Assembly (NCBI GenBank): GCA_964542445.1
Contig: CAZITY010000002.1
Coordinates: forward strand, 30,340-87,066
Source of the DNA: an uncultured Halobacteriales archaeon
Lineage (GTDB): Archaea; Halobacteriota; Halobacteria; Halobacteriales; Hikarchaeaceae
Reading direction: 5' to 3'
DNA length: 56,727 nucleotides
Under the pieces are notes generated by a model, which worked only from the letters and a program-made list of their open reading frames with translations, ran no database searches and was not told the origin of the DNA. Shown here piece after piece: positions 50,572 to 56,727 of this stretch (within the stretch, counting starts at the first letter, position 1; each line of letters starts with the position of its first letter). The translations under genes were made by a program, and so were the position numbers.

Positions 50572-51623
50572 TATTGTGACCCGAGGCCAGCGAGAAAATG
50601 AGCGACATGAACCCGGTCGCTCGTTCCTTCCGTGAGCGCGAAATCAATTTCTCCTGCAAGCGTGATTATTTCCTTAATATTTGTCGGTTCATGAATGCGG
50701 ACGACTTCGAGTAACTCAAGTAATATTTCTTCGCCTGTATAACCCTCATCAATCAATAAATCATCAAGGATACTACGGGCATCTGAAAATTCGTTATCAA
50801 TAGCGTTTTGAAGCATTGCCTGTACCTCATCTCGAACACCGATGTCTTTCAACACCGTATACGCGGTTTGTTGCGTGATTTTCCCTTCAACTACCGCTAT
50901 CGTTTGCGCATTCATAATCGCGTTCCGCATATTCCCGTCAGCGTGATTAGCAACGTAATTACTCCCTGCTTCTGTATATTCGACTCCCTCCGAGTCAGCG
51001 ATCCGGGTTATTATCCGTTGAATTTCTTTCGTTGTTGGTGCACGAACTGGGACGAGAAAACATCGGGATTGAATCGCCGGTATAAGTTTCGACGGTTGGC
51101 GGGTAGTGATAATAAACTGGGTCGTTTCGTAATACCGTTCCATTATTCGCCGGAGCGCCTGTTGGAAATCCTCTCGGATCGCTTCAGCGTTGTCAAGTAG
51201 TATTGTTTTATAGGTCCCTGACTGGGGTTGGTACCCAGCCAGTTCTTTCAACACATGTGTCACCATTTCCCGCTTAGACCAATCTCGTTTGTACTGATTC
51301 TTTTTGTCTGTCGCTCGCCGATATTGTTTTGAGAATTCAGTCTGCCCTTGGAGAAAATGCGTGAATCGGGGATCGTCCCGAATTTCTTCTTTCGTCCGGT
51401 CGAAAAAATCAGCGATATTGATTTCGAGCACATCGTTGTCGGGATCCTCGTGTAGTGACTTGGCGAGTCCCTGGGCCGCGGCGGTTTTACCGGCACCAGG
51501 CGGTCCGTGAAAAATCAAGTTAATCGGGCCTTTGGACAGTTTTGCTAAATAGTGTTGTAACTCTGATTGTGGTAGGTCCTCTGTGGTTGGCGCGTATTGA
51601 TCGATCCACAAAGGAGAGGTCAT
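50571..51623 (-). CDS. Replication factor C small-subunit paralogue (RfcC-like)
   Basis: LW...YAP, GPPGAGKT, degenerate Walker B LLDNAE, QQALRR.ME, SRC motif and G.MR.AI; ATG 51623. Confidence 0.88.
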   Translation of the reverse strand: MTSPLWIDQYAPTTEDLPQSELQHYLAKLSKGPINLIFHGPPGAGKTAAAQGLAKSLHEDPDNDVLEINIADFFDRTKEEIRDDPRFTHFLQGQTEFSKQYRRATDKKNQYKRDWSKREMVTHVLKELAGYQPQSGTYKTILLDNAEAIREDFQQALRRIMERYYETTQFIITTRQPSKLIPAIQSRCFLVPVRAPTTKEIQRIITRIADSEGVEYTEAGSNYVANHADGNMRNAIMNAQTIAVVEGKITQQTAYTVLKDIGVRDEVQAMLQNAIDNEFSDARSILDDLLIDEGYTGEEILLELLEVVRIHEPTNIKEIITLAGEIDFALTEGTSDRVHVAHFLAGLGSQ

Positions 51624-51714
51624 AGACAAGCATTGACCATTGTGCGGTAAGAATCGGTCGATCGTTTCCGTATTTCGAAGCGCGTTTATGCTGATTGGCA
51701 CTTAGGTGGAGTGG

Positions 51715-52641
51715 ATGACGTTGCGGGTAACGTTCCTTGGAACGGCTGGGGCGGTCCCAACGACCCAACGGAACCCAAGTAGTATTTTTATTAATCGAGA
51801 TGGGGATAAACTGTTATTTGACGTCGGAGAAGGGACGCAGCGACAGATGATGCGGTACGGGACCGGATTTGGGATTTCTCAAATATTTATCACGCATTTA
51901 CATGGAGATCATATCTATGGATTACCTGGGTTGCTTGAGACGTTATCGTTCAATGATCGTCAAGAACCGCTCACGATCCATGTGCCTCCCCGATCCCGAT
52001 CTGATCTAGTTGCGTTAATTACCGCAAGCGGGGGCGATCTCGATTACCCGGTTCAGATTAATGAAGTAACTCCCGGAGACGTAGTTTGTCAGCGAGATGA
52101 ATATGAAATTTGTGCGTTTCGGACCGAACATCGAATTCGATCAGTGGGGTATGGGATCAGTGAATACGCACGGCGTGGTCGGTTCGATAAGGAGAAGGCG
52201 CTATCGTTAGGGGTACCGGAAGGGCCATTGTTTAGCCAGTTACATGAGGGATCGTCAGTGGAATTAGAGGATGGTACGGTAATCAAGCCGGAGCAAGTTG
52301 TTGGGCCACCGCGTCCCGGGAGGCAAGTAGTGTACACAGGGGATACTCGGCCGACTGATTCAGTGGTTGACAATTCACAGGACGCTGATTTGTTGATTCA
52401 CGACGGGACCTTTGGAGAAGACTATCGAGATAGGGCGGTGGAGACGGCGCATTCAACGGCTCGTGAAGCGGGCGAAATAGCGCGAGATGCTGGCGTTCTA
52501 AAGTTGGTATTGACGCATATTTCGTCTCGACATGCAAGTGATGCGTCTCGGCTGGCTGATGACGCCCGGGCGGCGTTTGATGGGGAGGTTGTCGTAGCGT
52601 ATGATGGGTATGAATTTTCAGTGCCGTTTAGAGAGGAGTAG
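51715..52641 (+). CDS. rnz: Ribonuclease Z
   Basis: FLGTAGAVPT..RN, DVGEGTQRQ, THLHGDH, GP exosite, YTGDT, HST and THIS.R. Confidence 0.97.
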   Translation: MTLRVTFLGTAGAVPTTQRNPSSIFINRDGDKLLFDVGEGTQRQMMRYGTGFGISQIFITHLHGDHIYGLPGLLETLSFNDRQEPLTIHVPPRSRSDLVALITASGGDLDYPVQINEVTPGDVVCQRDEYEICAFRTEHRIRSVGYGISEYARRGRFDKEKALSLGVPEGPLFSQLHEGSSVELEDGTVIKPEQVVGPPRPGRQVVYTGDTRPTDSVVDNSQDADLLIHDGTFGEDYRDRAVETAHSTAREAGEIARDAGVLKLVLTHISSRHASDASRLADDARAAFDGEVVVAYDGYEFSVPFREE

Positions 52642-52733
52642 TCGCTTGGGTTTGGGTATCTCTAGGGTGGGTTTGTGTCCGGTTGGGTGGTGTTCCCATC
52701 GGGCTTAATAACTAGCGTCACATACGTCGTTAT

Positions 52734-54707
52734 GTGAGTACTCGTACGGGCGCTCTTGATTCACTGGTTTTCGGTATTGATATTCAAAGCGGGGATATTC
52801 GAGGGGATTCTCCGTCGTTTGCGCTTGTTGAGTACACCGGTGATGCGATCGATCGGAACGTCGTTTCTCATCGGAAATTACTCCGGTTGATTGCTGAAAA
52901 AGAACCGGCTATTGTAGCAACTGACAATGTCTATGAGTTAGCGAGCGATAAGGACGCGCTTGTGCATTTATTACGGTTGTTACCGGATGTAACTCGGCTT
53001 GTGCAAGTAACGGGTGATGAACGGCCCGAGCCGTTATCGAGAGTCGCGTCGAGGCACGGGGTTCCGTATGGGAAGGATCCGATGGAAGAAGCTGAAGCGG
53101 CGGCGAAGTTAGCGGCGCGGAATGTCGGGTATCACGTGTCTGCGTTTACTGATGAGACGACGGTAAAAGTGTCTCGTGGTCGATCAACAGGGAAGGGTGG
53201 TTGGAGCGAGGATCGGTATACCCGCCGGATTCATGGGTCTGTTCGACGGCGCACGCGGGAATTAAAGTCGACGTTTTCTGAGGTGGGATTGGCGTATGAA
53301 TTGGATGTTACAGAGAAATACGGTGGATATTCGAACGCGGTCTTCACGATTGAGGCGCCCCCGCGGGACATTCCTGTGTCTTCCTCGCGGACTGGCGATG
53401 TTCGGGTGACGGTTGAGCAGGTTCGGCGTGATGGGTTGGAGTTTGAGCCGTTAGCTGAGCGCCATGATCCGATGATTGTGGGAGTGGATCCTGGTACGAC
53501 AACGGCGGTTGCGGTGGTTGATATTGATGGGAATGTCTTAGATGTGATGAGTACTCGGACGGGCGATTCTGCGAGTGTGATTGAATGGATTGTTGATCGG
53601 GGTCGGCCAGTTGTTGTGGCGGCTGATGTGACGCCGATGCCGGAGACAGTGGAGAAAATAAAACGGAGTTTTGATGCGACTGGTTGGGAGCCTGATCGGG
53701 ATTTGTTAGTCGATGAGAAGTTACACCGCACGCGATCGGTGAGGTATGATAATGATCATGAGCGGGATGCGGTCGCAGCAGCATTACACTCGTATGATTC
53801 GTTTGCGGAGCGACTCGAAGAGATAGCGCGGGAAGTTCCACCACGAGTGGATTTGGGGACCGTTATTGCACGAGTGATTGCGGATGAAGAGGCGTTGAAA
53901 TCAGTAATTCAGGAGTTGACGCCGAGTGCGAATGAGGAAGAGTCGTCGAGTGCTGAACCGGTTCAGGAGTTGTCATCGGAGCAAAAACGCATTAATGAGT
54001 TGGAGGATCGTGTAGAGCAGTTGGAGTCGTATATCGGTGATTTAACGAGTACGATTGAGGAGAAAAACGAGACGATTTCATCGTATGAAGAGAAGTTGGC
54101 TGAGCAGCGTCGGGAAGAGCGACGGGATGTTCGAGAGCGACGGGTCGTTACGCGGTTGCAGCGTGAGAATGATCGGTTGGAGGATGAGGTGGCGGCTGAA
54201 GAAAAACGGGTTGCTACGTTAGAAGAGAAGTTAGAGCGGTTGAAGGCGTTGTGGCGGTTGGATCATTCGAATTTTGCGGATATTGCCGAGGAGAAAGAAG
54301 GGTTGGTTCCGGTGAAGCCGATTGGGCAGTTTACGGTTGAATCGATTGATGCGGCCGATGAGGCCTATGGTTTGGCGGCTGGTGATGTGGTGTTTCTTCG
54401 GGATGCGACTGGTGCTGGTCGGAACGCGGCGAAGTACTTGGCGGAAGTCGATCCAAGGGTAGTGTTACGTGAGGGTGGACTGACGGATGTGTCTGATGAG
54501 GTTTTGTTTGATCATGATGTTCCGGTTGGGCCGGTGTCGGAGGTGGCGATGCAGGAAATCGATGAGTTAGCGGTAGCCCGTGAAAGTGATGTTGAGGGAG
54601 TGATTGCTGACTGGGAGTCGCGTGCAGATGAGCGGGTGCGGAGTCAGAATGCGCAGATGGTTGATCGTTTGATTTCTGAGCATCGAGCCGAGCGAAAAGA
54701 AACCTAG
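52734..54707 (+). CDS. DUF460 domain protein (RNase H-fold putative nuclease with coiled coil)
   Basis: GIDI, GKGGWS..RY.R, IVGVDPGTT.AVA, HERDA.AAA and a long coiled coil; GTG start. Confidence 0.85.
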   Translation: MSTRTGALDSLVFGIDIQSGDIRGDSPSFALVEYTGDAIDRNVVSHRKLLRLIAEKEPAIVATDNVYELASDKDALVHLLRLLPDVTRLVQVTGDERPEPLSRVASRHGVPYGKDPMEEAEAAAKLAARNVGYHVSAFTDETTVKVSRGRSTGKGGWSEDRYTRRIHGSVRRRTRELKSTFSEVGLAYELDVTEKYGGYSNAVFTIEAPPRDIPVSSSRTGDVRVTVEQVRRDGLEFEPLAERHDPMIVGVDPGTTTAVAVVDIDGNVLDVMSTRTGDSASVIEWIVDRGRPVVVAADVTPMPETVEKIKRSFDATGWEPDRDLLVDEKLHRTRSVRYDNDHERDAVAAALHSYDSFAERLEEIAREVPPRVDLGTVIARVIADEEALKSVIQELTPSANEEESSSAEPVQELSSEQKRINELEDRVEQLESYIGDLTSTIEEKNETISSYEEKLAEQRREERRDVRERRVVTRLQRENDRLEDEVAAEEKRVATLEEKLERLKALWRLDHSNFADIAEEKEGLVPVKPIGQFTVESIDAADEAYGLAAGDVVFLRDATGAGRNAAKYLAEVDPRVVLREGGLTDVSDEVLFDHDVPVGPVSEVAMQEIDELAVARESDVEGVIADWESRADERVRSQNAQMVDRLISEHRAERKET

Positions 54708-54786
54708 GGGCCGGGTGATTAGGGTATAGTTGTGTTGGTGTTCGGGAATCTGTAAGAATTAAACGGTTCACTGTTCTTTTTTCGCC

Positions 54787-55776
54787 ATGGACACGTATGA
54801 GTTGATGGTGCGGAACTCTGTCGAGGTGGTGACAGAGGAGGAAGTGCGGGCACTCGCTGATTCGCCGGCTGGGAGTCGAGTGTATGTGGGGTATGAGCCG
54901 TCCGGGGTGCTTCATTTGGGGCATATGCTTACGGCGAATAAGTTGATTGATTTACAGGAATGTGGGTTTGAGGTCGTGATTTTATTGGCGGATGTGCATG
55001 CGTATTTGAATAAGAAAGGGTCGTTCGATGACATTCAGGACACGGCGGCACAGATGCAAGAGCAATTTATTGCATACGGGTTGGATGAATCGAACACGGA
55101 TTTTGTGTATGGGTCGCGGTATCAGCTAGATGAGGATTATGTGTTGGATGTTCATTCATTGGCGTTAGAGACCACGTTGCGGCGAGCGGAACGGGCAATG
55201 GCGGAAATTCAGGGGGATGCGGTACCGAATGTGAGTCATGTCGTGTATCCGTTGATGCAAGCGTTGGATATCGAGTATTTGTCTTTGGATCTGGCGGTAG
55301 GGGGGATTGATCAGCGGAAGGTACACATGTTAGCGCGTGATAATTTGCCGGCTGTTGGTTACGAGGCGCGTCCAGCGATACACACACCGATTCTTGCGGA
55401 TCTGGAAACTGGTGTTGGGAAGATGTCGTCAAGTACGGGGGTGACGATTTCAATGGAGGATACTCGGGAAACAATTGAGGAAAAAGTGACTGGTGCGTTT
55501 TGTCCGACGACGACGGATCCAGAACCTGATGAAGAGGGGAATGAGCGGGAAAACCCGGTGTTACAGCTGTTTCAGTACCATGTGTTTCCTCGGTTTGAGA
55601 CAGTGCGGGTGGAACGGCCGGAGAAGTATGGTGGGGATGTGAGTTTCACTACGTATGATGCTTTTGAGGAAGCGGTTGAGGGTGGTGAGTTACACCCGGC
55701 GGATGCGAAAGAGGCATTGATCGAGTATCTGGATCGCTTAATTGAGCCAGGTCGACAGCAATTACGCGAGGTCTAA
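54787..55776 (+). CDS. tyrS: Tyrosine--tRNA ligase
   Basis: YVGYEPSG.LHLGH (HIGH), YPLMQALD, GGIDQRK and KMSSS. Confidence 0.97.
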   Translation: MDTYELMVRNSVEVVTEEEVRALADSPAGSRVYVGYEPSGVLHLGHMLTANKLIDLQECGFEVVILLADVHAYLNKKGSFDDIQDTAAQMQEQFIAYGLDESNTDFVYGSRYQLDEDYVLDVHSLALETTLRRAERAMAEIQGDAVPNVSHVVYPLMQALDIEYLSLDLAVGGIDQRKVHMLARDNLPAVGYEARPAIHTPILADLETGVGKMSSSTGVTISMEDTRETIEEKVTGAFCPTTTDPEPDEEGNERENPVLQLFQYHVFPRFETVRVERPEKYGGDVSFTTYDAFEEAVEGGELHPADAKEALIEYLDRLIEPGRQQLREV

Positions 55777-55879
55777 GTGGGCTGTGCTGGTGGGAATACT
55801 GTTCGTGTGTTCTGGGTGGGTTCTCACTGGGTGTGGGTAGTACTCAAGAGTTAAACCGCGGTAGAGTTAAATTGATTAT

Positions 55880-56167
55880 ATGAGTGACAATGAGGGGCAA
55901 CGAAGGGATCTTCGAATGCCCGATGAAGACGAGGTGTTTGCGGTAGTGACTGATATGCTGGGTGCTAATCGTGTTCGCGTGCGGTGCGCTGATGGGGAGG
56001 AACGCACCGCGCGGATTCCCGGTCGAATGCAAAAGCGTGTTTGGATTCGCCAGGATGATGTGGTGTTGGTTGAGCCGTGGGATTGGCAGGATGAAAAAGC
56101 CGATATTGCGTGGCGATATGACAATCAGGACGCTGATCAATTACGAGAGGAGGGCCATATCGAATGA
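55880..56167 (+). CDS. eif1a: Translation initiation factor 1A
   Basis: [36 protein letters not shown]. Confidence 0.97.
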   Translation: MSDNEGQRRDLRMPDEDEVFAVVTDMLGANRVRVRCADGEERTARIPGRMQKRVWIRQDDVVLVEPWDWQDEKADIAWRYDNQDADQLREEGHIE

Positions 56168-56175
56168 GTGGATAA

Positions 56176-56727
56176 ATGACGGGTGATTTTGAGTTATTAG
56201 AGGAGACAGAAGTTGAGGGGGTGGGGGATGATTGGGAGGAAATCGATGTTTCTGATACGGATGCTGATCGGGTGGCGCGAAAACAAGATCGAGAGTTCAA
56301 TCAGTTTCGGAAGCGTCTGAAGGACGCTGATCAACTTAAAGTTGAGGGGGCCGTGTTTGATGATGCGACGCTTGCGGCGATTTATAAACTTGTGCAGGAT
56401 GGGTATATCGAGGCGTTTGGGGGGCCTATTTCGACAGGGAAGGAGGCGCATGTATATGAAGCATCGGGCGAGGATGCTGATGTGGCTGTGAAGATTTATC
56501 GTGTGAATGCGAGCGATTTTCGGCATATGCGGGATTATCTTGAGGGTGATCCTCGGTTTGAGTCCATCGGCTCTCAGAAGAAAAACGTCGTGTTGGCGTG
56601 GGTTAAAAAGGAGTATGCGAATTTACACCGGGCGCGGGAAGCGGGTGTCCGGGTACCGACACCGATCGCTGTTGAGCGGAATGTCCTTGTGATGGAATTG
56701 GTTGGGACACCGGAACAACGGGCTCGT
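56176..56727 (+). CDS. rio1: Serine/threonine kinase Rio1, partial (runs off the window)
   Basis: Not in the ORF track. Manual translation: ...VFDDATL..IYKL...GPISTGKEAHVY...VAVKIYR...YLEGDPRF...WVKKEYANL...VPTP...NVLVME; follows eIF1A. Confidence 0.95.
   Translation, partial: MTGDFELLEETEVEGVGDDWEEIDVSDTDADRVARKQDREFNQFRKRLKDADQLKVEGAVFDDATLAAIYKLVQDGYIEAFGGPISTGKEAHVYEASGEDADVAVKIYRVNASDFRHMRDYLEGDPRFESIGSQKKNVVLAWVKKEYANLHRAREAGVRVPTPIAVERNVLVMELVGTPEQRAR

Noticed and set aside
50571-51623. Insertion and DNAE Walker B in the RFC-like protein as a possible intein or pseudogene
   Set aside because: No intein N- or C-terminal motifs, and the frame is intact; it fits the extra RFC small-subunit paralogue of haloarchaea.
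1-56727. Many antisense or alternate-frame ORFs in the track (e.g. 541-888, 13404-13994, 21550-22134, 29244-29873, 54331-54924)
   Set aside because: They overlap well-supported genes, are Ser/Pro/Thr/His-rich shadows of biased codon usage and carry no family motifs.

Overview
Core-genome segment of a haloarchaeon (Halobacteria). The proteins are strongly acidic and the gene order is haloarchaeal, but GC looks like only about 50% by eye, which is low for the class. Contents: rpl39e-rpl31e-eIF6-pfdA-ftsY and srp54; an intron-containing tRNA-Arg(UCU); a complete carrier-protein (ArgW/LysW-type) arginine cluster argG-H-W-X-C-B-D-E-F; thrC, serA, serB, metX, metY and a class V aminotransferase; larE; two divergent tatC genes; rlmE, pcn, priL, hjc, ahcY, an MTA/SAH deaminase, hisG, tbp, trmG10, archaetidylserine decarboxylase, an RFC small-subunit paralogue, rnz, a DUF460 protein, tyrS, eIF1A and a partial rio1. 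I saw no IS element, integrase, CRISPR array or intein. The best leads are: (1) a leaderless Arg(CGA)-rich uORF with competing hairpins upstream of argG, plus an AATTACTAA(TC) motif before argG, argW and argC; (2) a Zn-finger/double-LAGLIDADG gene with a +1 frameshift and a Zn-finger/PriCT-like gene between pcn and priL; (3) a degenerate 36-codon ORF where ribosomal protein LX normally sits; (4) G+T versus C+A strand bias that flips every 5-10 kb regardless of gene direction. All calls come from reading the sequence and recalling families; no searches were run.
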